Below, piece after piece: positions 10,513 to 21,700 of a stretch of DNA of 32,107 nt. Below the pieces are notes generated by a model. The model had not been told where the DNA came from. It made no database searches and worked only from the letters and a program-made list of their open reading frames with translations. Position numbers and translations under genes: made by a program. The stretch is from Malassezia furfur (taxonomy: Eukaryota): the NCBI GenBank assembly GCA_052055015.1, contig JBQJIT010000088.1; one strand, written 5' to 3'. Each line of letters opens with the position of its first letter. Positions within the stretch are counted from its first letter, which is position 1.

Positions 10513-10949
10513 AATGAAGTATCGTGCGTTCGGAACTACGGTAGTGACGCTGCCAAAAACATGTCGACCTTTGTATATGAGGTTCTAGCCTGATCTTACG
10601 GTTGGCTGTTGCCAGCATGATGTACGGCTGTTGCCGAACAGGGACCGACGTGCTCACGCATTCGACCCGGAGGTGGCCTGCGCGAAAAAAAGAGAAGGGA
10701 ATGCAGAGCACGCGCTCCGCGACGCTTACCTCAGCGCGACGCGACCGGTCCGTTGAATTGGGCGCGTCGCGCGCCGCCAATGTTACGCATTTGTATGGCA
10801 ATATGAATATATTAATGAGCAACTGATTCCTATTGACAGGAGTATGGGGGGGAGCCCAAGGACACCGAGCAGTGAAAGCGTCTTGGCATTAACGCGAGGC
10901 AAATTTCATGGGATAAATTAGCACAAGAATGCCGAGTGATGAAGCGCAC

Positions 10950-11812
10950 TTAGTAGTACGGCTCCTCGTAGTAGCGGCGGCGGCTCGCAAGGCTGCTGGC
11001 TGCCAGCGCGGGAATGGCGACAAGCGTACAAGCGACCGACGCCCAAGTGAACCACAGCGAGTTGCCGTAGTCAAACACGTACGGCGCCGACGCGATGTCC
11101 TTGAACCGATGCACAATGTAAGTCCAAATGGAAGCACCACAGACAAGCATCACGAACGACAGGAACGAGAAGAAGGCCGCGATCACCAGGGCCGACATGT
11201 GGATCAGGCAGGTGATCAGGAAGGCGACACCCGCAAAGATGGTGCCGAGGAACACGAGATAGAACGCAGCAACGCTCTTCTCGTGGAGGTTCGAGATGCG
11301 CTTGTCGTTCTCGTAGAACGAGTTGACGCCGTTCGAGAAGGTCAGGCCCATGTCGGTGGTGCTGAGTTAGTACAGGGTATGGAGACGTACAGTGCCTTGA
11401 CAGGGTCAAACTCCTGGCCGAAACCACGGGGCGTGCACACGGGGTTGTTGTTCCCATAGTACGCACAGTGGCCTGGAGGTTAGTCATGTTTGCCAAGGCG
11501 GAGGGTACGTACTGTACAGACCCCACTTGACTTGTTGCGGGGGGCTGAGCGTCTGACCATTCGTCAGGCCAAGCGACTTCGCCACATCCGAAGCGACGTC
11601 AGTGGCAGTCCGGAGCAGGTTGTTGGGGTTGACCAAGTTGACGCGGGCGATACTAATGTTCCGTGCCACAATGTTGGTCGTGAGCTGACCCACGTTGGTG
11701 AGGATCATCAGCACCATGGCGCAGAACAAGAGAAATTGGGCTATTATGTGTTAGTAACAGCTCTTCATTTGCTGGGCAACGTACAGAACCCAATTGAGAA
11801 GAAACGCAGCAT
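10950..11812 (-). CDS. SUR7/PalI-family (claudin-like) tetraspan membrane protein, ~249 aa; exons 11812-11785, 11740-11513, 11472-11391, 11361-10950
   Basis: Three GTACGT...CTAAC...AG introns join the fragments into a 750-nt CDS. It contains the WGLYSHC...C claudin-like motif, four TM segments and a YGNSLWFTW motif. Confidence 0.85.
11362..11390 (-). other. 29-nt intron 3 of the SUR7/PalI gene
   Basis: GTACGTCTCCATACCCTGTA-CTAAC-TCAG. Confidence 0.85.
11473..11512 (-). other. 40-nt intron 2 of the SUR7/PalI gene
   Basis: GTACGT...A-CTAAC-CTCCAG; removal yields WGLYSHC. Confidence 0.88.
11741..11784 (-). other. 44-nt intron 1 of the SUR7/PalI gene
   Basis: GTACGT...TA-CTAAC-ACATAATAG; joins ATG 11812 in frame. 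Confidence 0.8.
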
Positions 11813-12006
11813 GGTTAATCAAACGGGAGGATGGAGTTGGCGGTAAAGGCTTTCGGCTTGGGACCGTGTTGTGTTGCCCCCCGACGCGGCAGAATACAAC
11901 ACAAATGTAGAAGATAATTTCAACCGCACCTCACGCCGATGCACTGGCAGGGTTTCTGCGGGCATTCCCCCGACCCTGATTTGGCAGCGCCGACGAATTA
12001 GGTCAT

Positions 12007-12089
12007 CCACGTGATTTCACAACTAATTTGCACGTTACGACCTCGGGCGCCAAACCCGCCAAGACAGTATACCACGTGATATGCACATG
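12007..12089. promoter_or_regulatory. E-box cluster in the SUR7/ALR1 divergent promoter
   Basis: CCACGTGAT twice (cores 12008-12013, 12073-12078), CACGTT 12031-12036, CACATG 12084-12089. Confidence 0.45.
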
Positions 12090-12192
12090 GGAGCCATGCG
12101 CTGCGCCAGGGCGCGCTGGGGTCTTTCGCGACGGTCAATTTTCGCGGCCCTGACCGAGACACCTGCAGCCGCCAAGCCGTGTCGTTGCAGCG

Positions 12193-14622
12193 ATGTCGTC
12201 CTCGCCTCAGAACCGCTACATGGGCACTCCCAGCGGTGTCGCACGTAAATCTTCGATCTCATCGATGGACGATCGTAGCGATTACCAGCCAAACCCCGAC
12301 GAAGATGCGCAGCGCGAGCAAGATTTGGACGCCGCGCGGCTGATGAGCCGCGCGCGTGTACCGCATGGCGATGGGCCTGTACACGGTACGCTGGCTCACT
12401 AACACCCAGACACCTCGGCACACTGGCACGATGATGATGGTGCGCACGCGCGATCCCCTGCGAATGCGGACCATGCAGGGTCCATTCCAATCCGCGCGCG
12501 CAACGTCGCTGAGCAGTTCTACCGGCGGCAGCGCCGCGGCTCCAACGCCAGCGTGGATAGCGGGAGCCATTTTATTGACCACCGCAACCAGTCGCACTCG
12601 CTCTCGATGAACCCCAACTCGCCGCTGGCGATGCGCGCGATGCAGAATGCCCCGAGCATGTACGATTCGGGAAATGCCGCGCGCTCGCCGCACACGCACA
12701 CTCCCCGCGCAATGCGAGGCGAGTCTGCTGCACCGCCAATCAACTATGCAGCGCTGTCCTCGTCGCAGGAGGCACCCGCGTCGCCGGTCGCGGAGGAGGG
12801 CGCTCCGACGTCTGAGTTGGCCAACTCGACGCATACCGAGACCGACCGTGGTCGTGAGGACGACGTGTGTTTCCCTGCGGCGAGCAACATCGACGATGTG
12901 GTTCAGGATGAGCGCAAGGAGCCTGCGGCGCTGGACTCGCCGCCGCCTGGATATCCGTACACGTTTGACCTGAGTGCGGTCGAGACGTTCTGTGCCGAGG
13001 AGCGCGGCCATCTCGGCACGACGAACAACTGGCCTGAGGTGCCGGCGGTGGGCAGCCCCACGGAGAAGCACCGTGGGACGTACCGCGGCGGCCATTATGG
13101 CAAACCGGCCGACACGGGCGATTCGACGCTGTACAGCCGGCGGCCGCGGCAGCCCGTTGAGGGCCAGAGCCAGGGCAACAAGTTCCAGCGGAAGCTTGCC
13201 GCATTTGAGGGTGGCCACTCGTTTGGCTCGTCTTTTGCGCCCTCGTCGCACATGTCGGCGGCGGCGGCGGCGGCGGCCGAGCCTGCGGATGAGCCGGCGC
13301 GTCCGCTGCTGAAAGGCACGTCGCAGCACACCTACCACGGTGTGACACAGACCGAGCCGAGCGCCAATGATCTGCGCACTCGTGGCCGGGCCTACTCGCA
13401 GCCGTTTGGCAATGGCCGGAGCAAGACGCAGCCGCTGGCGCACGCCATGGCGGACAAGCCGTACCGCTTCACGTTCTACTCGAATGCGCTTCCCACGACC
13501 ATCCACGCACGCTACCTCTCGGAGCTGCCCGCGCAGGGCCAGTCGTTTGAGGATCTGCTCCGTGGCATTGTGCCCGAGCACGAGAAAAAGGCTGAGGAGG
13601 CTGCAGCGAAGCAGACGGCGCCCGTGCCGCTTGCCGGGGCGCTGCCGCGCGATGTGCAGCCTGAGCAAGGACTCGTGGCGAACTCGGACCCGTCGACGTG
13701 GTGGCTGGACGTGCTGTGCCCCACGGACCAAGAGATGAAGGTGCTGAGCCGCACGTTTGGGATCCACCCCCTCACCACCGAAGACATTCTCATGGAGGAG
13801 ACGCGCGAAAAGATTGAGCTGTTCCGCAACTACTACCTCGTGTGTTTCCGTTCCTTCGACCAGGACCCGTACAGCCCGACGTACCTCGAGCCGCTCAACA
13901 TGTACATTATCGTCTTCCGCGAAGGCACGCTCTCCTTCCACTTCCGGCACACGCCGCACCCCCAGAATGTGCGGCGGCGCATTAAGCAGCTGAAGGACTA
14001 CATCAACGTGACCTCGGACTGGATTTCATACGCGCTGATCGACGACATCACCGACGCCTTCGGCCCGCTCATCCAGGGCATCGAGTTTGAGGTCGACTCG
14101 ATCGATGAGCTGGTGCTCATCCTCAAGGAAGCGGAGCAGACGGACATGCTCCGCCGTATCGGCACGTGCCGCAAAAAAGTCATGGGCCTGCTGCGCCTGA
14201 TGGGCAACAAGGCGGACGTCGTCAAGGGTCTCGCCAAGCGCTGCAACGAGTACTGGGCGATCGCGCCGCGCTCCGACATTGGGCTGTACCTGTCCGATAT
14301 CCAGGACCACTTGATCACCATGACGCAAAACTTGAACCACTACGAAATGATCCTTTCGCGCTCGCACAGCAACTACCTCGCGCAGATCAGCATCGAGATG
14401 ACCGACGCCAACAACCAGATCAACGACGTGCTGAGCAAGCTGACCGCGCTCGGTACCGTGATTGTTCCCATGAACGTCATCACCGGTCTCTGGGGTATGA
14501 ACGTCCATGTCCCTGGCCAGGATGTGTCCAATTTGCACTGGTTCGGTGGGATTTGCGCCGTGATGGTGGTGATTGCTGTGTCGGGCTACATCACCACGGT
14601 GCGCTACCTCGAGCGTCGTTGA
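12193..14622 (+). CDS. ALR1: CorA-family Mg2+ transporter (Alr1/Alr2-like), ~801 aa; exons 12193-12385, 12410-14622
   Basis: RFTFYS, WWLDVLCPT, FGIHPLTTEDI, REKIELF, GLWGMNV (GMN signature), two C-terminal TMs, long disordered N-terminus. Confidence 0.93.
12386..12409 (+). other. 24-nt intron in ALR1 containing an in-frame TAA
   Basis: GTACGC-TGGCTCA-CTAAC-ACCCAG; removal fuses ORF 12193 with ORF 12553-14622 without stops. Confidence 0.85.
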
Positions 14623-14644
14623 GTACCATAGCTTTCCATTCCGG

Positions 14645-16309
14645 TTACGTCTGTTTCGCATGCGCAGTTTGCTCACGCGCGCGCCACGCGTTCCAGGCGT
14701 GCAGACATGCACGCACGACGTACACGTGCGTCGCGAGCAGCAGCAGACTGCTGAGCCACAGCGGTACGAACGTGTCCTGCGCGAGAAACTCGAGGCGGTA
14801 CGCCCAAAAGAGCCATACGGCCTGTGCCGCGGCCCATGCCGCGGCCAGCAGTACGGGCTGCAGTGCGTGCCCAAAGTGCAACGTGGTGCCGAGGACCGGC
14901 ACGAACACGAGGTACCACAAGAAGTACTGGCTCGTGTACACCTTGTTCCACGCGACAAACACCACCGTCTGCACCGCACAGCTCAGTACAAGGTCGCGAC
15001 CGCCCAGCTTGAAGCCGACGTACGCACACGCGACCAGCTGCGGCACAAAACTCAGCAGCGGCGACGCTGCCATCACATACACCGACTGTAGCGTGCCGGG
15101 CGCGTTGAGCGCGTCAAACGCGGGCGCCAGGTAAGTCGGCAGGAAGTACACGCTAAAGTTGTGCCGGTGGTCCTCGCGGCTGAAATGGTAGAGCAGCGCG
15201 TCGCGCACAAACGGCTGGCCCCACACGAGGTACACGAGAAGGTTGAGTAGCGCATACATCGTGCCCGACACCGCGGCAAATTCTGCGCCTAGTATCCACA
15301 CGTCCTGCCGCGTGGGGTTTACATGGCATAAGATGCGGATCGCGTGCCGGCGGTAGGTCGCGAGGTGTGCCAGGATGCTCGCGCCGTAGATCACAGGATA
15401 CAGCTTGAGGTGCACCGCGAGCGCCAGTAGCGCCGCTGCGCCGTACCACGCGCGCTCGTCGGCCACGCGCAGCTCCGCTGGGTCGTGCACCGTCGTGTCG
15501 CCCCTAGCATGGTCGCCGGGCACGGCGTGCGTCCCGACCAGCTCCATCTCGGGTGTCGCACGCAAAAGCAGGGCAAGGCAACCCAGCACGAGTGCGCCCA
15601 CCAGGCTGTCTGCACTGCCGCGCGTCGCGATCTGCGCTGGGAACGGGTTGAGGAGCCACAGCAATCCGGGCAGGTGTGTGGCCCAGGCACGCGTGCGGGC
15701 GAGGCGGGGGTGGTGCTCGGCGCGCGCATCGATGATCATCCACATCAACACGGCACACAGCACGTCAGCGGCGGCAAACACGAGCTTACCCCAGTACACT
15801 GGTGCGGTTGCCGATGCGTGCGCCGGCGCGAGGAGGAGCGCGAGCAGCGGCGTGTAACGGTACGTTGCGCGCGTGAATGGGTCGCCGATCGTCGCGAGCA
15901 CGTGAAAAAAGGGTCGCGTCAGCGCAAAACTCGTGCGCGAGGCCGAGACGAAGAGCGCGCCGCTGTCGAACGACTCGCCTGCCGAGTCCTTCACGCGCGC
16001 GGACGCGGGGTCATTTTGAAGCACAAAGCGTGCTACTGCGGGAAGGTAGCCACGTGCACACTTGGCCTTGGCCGCGAGTGCCGGCTCGTTCCACAGGTCC
16101 GACTCGACCTCGTACAGCGGTGAGTCGATCGTGTCTTCCAGGCGGCATTCGGACCACAGCGCGTGTGCGCCGTCGTTGAACACGGAGTAGTCAACGTCCG
16201 TGTATGGCAAGGAGGCATGCTTGTCCTGCCATTCCCCCCATAAGAGCAGCGTGACGCGGAGCACCACGCCGAGCACCACGTACGCCCAGCGCCAACCCCA
16301 CACGCGCAT
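14645..16309 (-). CDS. GPI14: GPI mannosyltransferase I (PIG-M), ~554 aa
   Basis: YTDVDY (DXD), RATYRYTPLLA, TRGSADS, HLKLYPVIY, DHRHNFS, NKVYTSQYFLWY; multiple TMs. Confidence 0.95.
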   Translation of the reverse strand: MRVWGWRWAYVVLGVVLRVTLLLWGEWQDKHASLPYTDVDYSVFNDGAHALWSECRLEDTIDSPLYEVESDLWNEPALAAKAKCARGYLPAVARFVLQNDPASARVKDSAGESFDSGALFVSASRTSFALTRPFFHVLATIGDPFTRATYRYTPLLALLLAPAHASATAPVYWGKLVFAAADVLCAVLMWMIIDARAEHHPRLARTRAWATHLPGLLWLLNPFPAQIATRGSADSLVGALVLGCLALLLRATPEMELVGTHAVPGDHARGDTTVHDPAELRVADERAWYGAAALLALAVHLKLYPVIYGASILAHLATYRRHAIRILCHVNPTRQDVWILGAEFAAVSGTMYALLNLLVYLVWGQPFVRDALLYHFSREDHRHNFSVYFLPTYLAPAFDALNAPGTLQSVYVMAASPLLSFVPQLVACAYVGFKLGGRDLVLSCAVQTVVFVAWNKVYTSQYFLWYLVFVPVLGTTLHFGHALQPVLLAAAWAAAQAVWLFWAYRLEFLAQDTFVPLWLSSLLLLATHVYVVRACLHAWNAWRAREQTAHAKQT

Positions 16310-16419
16310 GGCGGCGAATGCTGGGGGCGTGGCGCGCCAAGCCACGTGCCTTTTTTTTTTGGCGCACGAGCCGGCTCCACACGCCGAGACGTTGATCGGG
16401 GCGCGGGTCTGGGCATTGG

Positions 16420-18738
16420 ATGCACACCACGATGAAATACCGCCCGCTGTCCCTGCCGCGCGTCCCGGTGGGGCAGCAGCTCACGGCGAATTTGCTGGCT
16501 GATCCAGTGACGCCGACGGCCGCTGCCCTCACTGCGACGCCGGTGGGCTACCCGTCGCTCCTGCGCCGTGCGCGGTTCGTGCAGGGTGGCGCGCACTTTG
16601 CGTATGTGTCGCCACTGCCGCTTCCGTTCCCGTACGATTTCCCGGCGCCCGAGAGTAGCGAGACGCACACGACGCTCGGAGAGCACCAGAAGCGCGAGAT
16701 GGAGGCCGAGGCGCGGCAGCAGTCCGAGCTCAACGAGACGCAGCGCCAGGAGCAGACCCACAAAAATGCCGTGCGCCGTATGGACCAGATCGAAAACTCG
16801 CTGCGTGGCTACGAGGTACAGGTGCCGCGCGCGGGCGCGCGTGTGAATGCCGTGCCGCCGCGCCGGGCCGATACCACCTACCCCTCTGCCCGCGTGGTGG
16901 CGTTCTCGCCCGAGTGCCACGCACACTGCCTGCCGCACCTGGCCGTGGGCGACGTGCACGCGTGGATCCAGCAGTCGTCGGGCGACGCGGGCCCGTATGC
17001 GTACAGCTCGGGACCGGTTGCCGATGCGCTGGCGGGCGGCAGTGCGTCCCAGTTCGGCGAGACGGCGGGCAGCGACGCCGATGCGCGGCGCGCCTTTAGT
17101 GATTGGGCCGCGGGCCGTGCCGTGCCGTTGCATGTCGCCGCCGAGCAGATTAACGAGGCGAGTGGTGCCGGTGTGCAGTTCTTCGCCGAGGCGGACGCCA
17201 ATGCCGGGTGGAAGCAGCCCGCACAGGAGAACCCCGCGCGTTTCTCGAGCGAGGTGGCCGCGCGGCGGGAGGATCCCCAGCGCGCCTACGGTCCGTATGC
17301 GCTGCGGTACGGCGGGCACCAGTTCGGCGAGTGGGCTGGCCAGCTCGGCGACGGGCGTGCGGTGACGCTCGTTGAGGCGCTCGACCCTGCGTCTCAGCGG
17401 CGCTGGGAGGTGCAGTTGAAAGGCGCGGGCCGCACGCCCTTTTCGCGCTTTGGCGACGGGCTTGCGACGCTCAAGAGCTCGCTGCGCGAGTTCCTCGCGT
17501 CCGAGTACATGGCCGCGCTGGGCATCCCGACGAGCCGCGCGCTCGCCGTGACGCAGTTCCCCGACATGCCCGTCGCGCGCGAGACGGTGACGAGCGCGGC
17601 GATCGCGATGCGCCTCGCCACCTCGTGGCTGCGCATCGGCAACTTTGAGGTCCACGCATCCAAGGGCGAGTGGGAAAGCGTGCGCCTGTTGGGCGAGTTT
17701 GTCGCGCACGACCTGCTGCACCTCGACGGCGTGGTCAAGAGCGGCGCTGCGCACGCCGATGGCACCAAGGCGCCGCACGCTGCGCCGTGGGCCGAGCGGC
17801 TCGTGCGCGAGGTCGCGCGGCGCAACGCCCGCACGTGCGCGCTGTGGCAGGCCTACGGCTTCATGCACGGCGTGCTGAACACGGACAACATTGCGCTGCT
17901 CGGCGACACGATCGACTACGGCCCGTACGGGTTCATGGACGTGTTTGACGAGGAGCAGGTGTGCAACCACTCGGACGTGCTGGGCCGCTACTCGTACAAG
18001 CTGCAGCCGACCATGGTGCTGTTTGCAGTCGACAAGCTGCTCGAGGCGCTTGCGCCCGTGCTAGGCTTTGAGCTGCTGCACGAGCGCGCACCGCAGCCCG
18101 GCGAGCTGCTCGCCGCGGACGACAAGGAGCGCACGGCGTGGGCCGACCATGCGATGGAGGCGCGTGCCGATGCCATCCGCGCCGAGCTGCAGCAGACGCT
18201 GCTCGACGCATGGTCGGCGGCGTGGTGTGCGCGCCTGGGCGTCGCGTCGCGTGGCGCCGAGGTCGACAAGGAGGAGCTGATCGACCCGCTCGTCGAGGTG
18301 CTCGCGGGGCTCGACATGACGCGCGCGATGCGCTACTTGTGCCGCTTCCCCACCACCTCGGCGTCGCCCGAGGCGTTTGCCAGGGCGTGGGTGGCGCACG
18401 CACGGTACAGCGACGGCGCCGCGTCCGAGGAGGACACCGCTGAGCACGTCGACGCGGCGCGCGCATGGCTCGTGCGCTACGCTTCGTGGCTCGACGCCGC
18501 GGAGTCGTCGGCCGCCGACATCGCTGCGGCGATGCGGCAGAAAAACCCCGCATTCACGCTGCGCAACTGGATCACCGACGAGGTGGCCGAGCGGCTGGAT
18601 GAGCACAACGATACCGCCACGGTCGAGCGCGTGCGCAAGCTGTGCTCGCATCCCTTCGACGATCTGAGCACCGAAGATGCGCGCTACGGCGAGATCGGCG
18701 CGCTGCTGCGCGGCCACCTGCCGTCGTGCTCGTCGTGA
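16420..18738 (+). CDS. FMP40: SelO/YdiU (UPF0061) protein adenylyltransferase pseudokinase
   Basis: YGGHQFG, GQLGDGRA, QLKGAGRTPFSRFGDG, HGVLNTDN, IDYGPYGF, NP.F.LRNW and terminal CSS. The start could be 16420 or 16432. Confidence 0.93.
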   Translation: MHTTMKYRPLSLPRVPVGQQLTANLLADPVTPTAAALTATPVGYPSLLRRARFVQGGAHFAYVSPLPLPFPYDFPAPESSETHTTLGEHQKREMEAEARQQSELNETQRQEQTHKNAVRRMDQIENSLRGYEVQVPRAGARVNAVPPRRADTTYPSARVVAFSPECHAHCLPHLAVGDVHAWIQQSSGDAGPYAYSSGPVADALAGGSASQFGETAGSDADARRAFSDWAAGRAVPLHVAAEQINEASGAGVQFFAEADANAGWKQPAQENPARFSSEVAARREDPQRAYGPYALRYGGHQFGEWAGQLGDGRAVTLVEALDPASQRRWEVQLKGAGRTPFSRFGDGLATLKSSLREFLASEYMAALGIPTSRALAVTQFPDMPVARETVTSAAIAMRLATSWLRIGNFEVHASKGEWESVRLLGEFVAHDLLHLDGVVKSGAAHADGTKAPHAAPWAERLVREVARRNARTCALWQAYGFMHGVLNTDNIALLGDTIDYGPYGFMDVFDEEQVCNHSDVLGRYSYKLQPTMVLFAVDKLLEALAPVLGFELLHERAPQPGELLAADDKERTAWADHAMEARADAIRAELQQTLLDAWSAAWCARLGVASRGAEVDKEELIDPLVEVLAGLDMTRAMRYLCRFPTTSASPEAFARAWVAHARYSDGAASEEDTAEHVDAARAWLVRYASWLDAAESSAADIAAAMRQKNPAFTLRNWITDEVAERLDEHNDTATVERVRKLCSHPFDDLSTEDARYGEIGALLRGHLPSCSS

Positions 18739-18753
18739 GGCCGTGCTGCGTCG

Positions 18754-21700
18754 CTACACGAAATAGTCGCTACGGCCCAGCGTAAAGTCGTTCACCTCCT
18801 GAATGCGGTCGCCAAACTGGCGCTGGTCCTCGGCCCAGGTGTCCTGGTGCGTGCGCCGGAACTCGGCGGCGCAGTGGCGCACCGTGGTGCTGATCGGCAC
18901 GGGGTCGTCCGAGTGCGGCGCGATGGTGTCGAGCACCAGATCGGGCATCCACGCGGGCACCTCGTACGGGAATGCGGCGACGAGCGCCGTGGCGCCCAGC
19001 AGCGCCGCGTGCAGCGCCAGGAGCTGCGCGTCGTAGTGCGGCGCGCCGCGCCGCGGCACGGGACGCGCCACGACCTGCGCCACAAAGCGTGCGCGCAGCG
19101 TGTGCACGAGCGAGCGCTGCGAGCACCGCACGAGGCCCGCGAGCGTCGTCGCGGCCATCTCGCGCACCTCGAGGTGCCGGTCGGCGAGCAGGTCGAGCAG
19201 CACATGGAACACCTCCTGCACGACGTCGGGCGGCAGGTAGAACAGGCTGGGTTAGTCGCGCGCCTACTCACTTTTGGAAGTAGACAATTTGCAGCAGTGG
19301 CAAGGCGTCGAGGCGCGCATGCCACGAGTCGTGCGCATCGCGCGCAAGGGCGAGCAGCGTGCGCACGAGCGGCACGGCCTGCGTCGCGGAAAAGGGGTAC
19401 GAGGCCACCTTGATCAGCACCGACTTGGCGATCGCCGCGAGCTCGGGGTTGTCGCGCAGCTGGTACATGGCAAACAGGTCCGGCACAAGCGCCACGACCT
19501 CGGTGCCCATCGGCCCGAGGCGGTGGTCGTCGAGGCTCAGCGACACCCACACTGCGCCGTTCATCGCCGCACGATCGTACAGCGAGGTGCCCAGTGCGCT
19601 CGGGACGCGCTCGCCACGCCACACGCCCAGGTCCTTGGACAGCTGTACGCACCGCGCGCGCACCCCCGCGTCGTGCGCGAGCAGCGAGCCGGAGGCCGCG
19701 CGCCCCGCGTCGAGGAACGCGTCGACGCTCGCAAACGCGGGCACCGCGTGCGCGTATTCGAGCTCGACGAGGTTCTCGGCGAGCGCCTTGCGCACCTCTT
19801 GGTAGTCGTGCCCAAAGTGCGCAAAGCACCGCGCACGCACCGCGTCGGCGCCCCACGCGTCAAACTTGTGCTCGAGCGAGCGCAGGGCACCGGCGAGCAG
19901 CAGCTGCGCGTGTGCCTGTTCCAGCGGGCTGTTCCGCGCCGAGATCAAGCTCGACGCCGCGTGCTCCACGACAAAGGTGAGCAGGCTGCGAGCGCGCCGC
20001 GGGTCGCGTTGCTTGTACACGTATTCCACGCACATCTGCCACGACGGCTGCGAGTCGGGCGTGCTGGTGGTGAGCACGCGCGGCATCCACGCGTCGCACC
20101 AGTGCCACAGCCGTGCCTGGTCCGCGAGCGGCCAGTGCTTCGCGCCGCGAATGACGCCGCCGACCAGCTCGGCGGCGGCGCGGTGCTTGTGCCGGTCGCG
20201 CTCGGTCACGAGCTCATCGACAAGCGGCGCGACGTCGTCCAGCACGCTCACGCCCAGCATCTGCGCCAGCGTCTTGACGAACGACGTCGTCTCTGCCGAG
20301 AGGTAGTCGCGCTCGATCTCTTGCGCCAGGTAGCCGCCAAACGCGCGCCACCACGCCCCGTCGAGCGCCGTACGTACGCTGTCGAGCGCCGCGGCCGACG
20401 CCGCCTCCCACGCGACTGGCGGCACGTCCTCCGCGGGCGGCGCATACCACGTGTCGCACGCGCCGCTTGCGAGCCACGGGAGCGCCGCCGCCTTGTCGCG
20501 CAGGCGCGACGCGGGCGTCAGCGGCTCGGCGAGTGCCGCGATGCGTGCAGCACGCTCGGCATCGGACAGCGGCTCGTCCGCGTGTTCGGTGTGCTTGAGC
20601 GGGTGCGACGCCTGCTCCGTGTACAGCGCCGCGCCCTCGGCCAACGTACGCAGCTTGATCCAGTACAGCAGGCGCGCAAGCGCGGTTTGCGCATGCTTGC
20701 GCATGATGGGGTTCGGCGAGGTCGCCTCGCGCGCAAAGTACGCGCCGAGACGGGCGTCGAGGGGTGCGTCGCGGCGCAGCAGGGCACACAGCGCGCGCAG
20801 CGCAAAGATGGCAAACGCCCAGTGCGTCGTAGGCGCGGTCGCCACCGCATACACCTCGTCAACGAGCGCGGCATGCTCTTCCTCCGCCGAGGCGATGCGC
20901 GCCGCGCGCGCCTCGGCCACCGCTGCACACACCGCCGCCGGCGTCCGCGCGGCCGTACCGGCGATGGCCGCGAGCGCCGCGGTGCTTGTCGCGAGCGCGT
21001 CTGTCGGCACGTACGCGGAGCGCACCGCGGGCTCGCACAGGTGCGCCACCGCGTCGCCCAGCAAGCTGCGCACCAGTTTCTGGATGCTCGGCTTGGCGTG
21101 CTCAATGTGCAGCAGCGCCAGGACCACCGGCCGCGTGAACCGCGCGTTGCGTGCAACGGTGCGTGCAAAGCCCTTGTTCGCGAGGACGTACAGCGCGCCC
21201 TTTACGCGGTCGTCTAGCTCGCCGGGGCGCAGTGTATGCAGGATAGGCGCGAGGCACAGCGCGCGCGTCCCATCGTAGGCGACGCTGACACTCGCGAGTG
21301 TGGATTGGGCAAGCTTGCGAATCGCCACGTAGTTCGACAGGCACAAACCCACAAGCTGTTCGGTGAGTGCGTCGGTGCGTGGCGTGCGCTGTGCAAACGC
21401 ATGAGCGAGGCGTACGCGCGACAGGTGGTACAGTGCCGCGCGGCGCACCCAGAACACGCGGGGGTACGCGCGCTGCTTGGGCCACGTGCGACCGATCGTG
21501 CGGAAGAAAGTGACCGACTTGGCCAGGCCACGCAGCTCGTCGGCATGATAGCCGGACTGCACGAGATAGGTGCGGATCGCGCGCACGAGCAGCTTTGCCG
21601 CGTCGATCTGGTCCTCGGCGCCGGTCGTATGGAGGTCAACCGCCGCGTGGTGCAGCGTGGCGCCAAACGCGTCGGCAAACGCAGCGAGCTGGTCGTAGCG

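Noticed and set aside
2465..16309. Possible lipid/GPI functional gene cluster (LRO1, acyl-CoA dehydrogenase, PIG-Y-like, GPI14)
   Set aside because: The genes are interspersed with unrelated housekeeping genes, act in different pathways and compartments, and show no cluster hallmark.
18727..18753. Possible selenocysteine read-through at the SelO TGA
   Set aside because: The Sec-equivalent position (before the terminal SS) is already TGC Cys, the TGA falls at the normal family terminus, and BLM10 ends 15 bp later.
19274..21217. Long antisense/alternative-frame ORFs (also 12259-13959, 16033-17970, 24858-26243, 1835-2716 and many shorter)
   Set aside because: They are shadows of real genes. 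High GC and C/G-ending codon bias deplete stops on the opposite strand, and the translations have no recognisable motifs.
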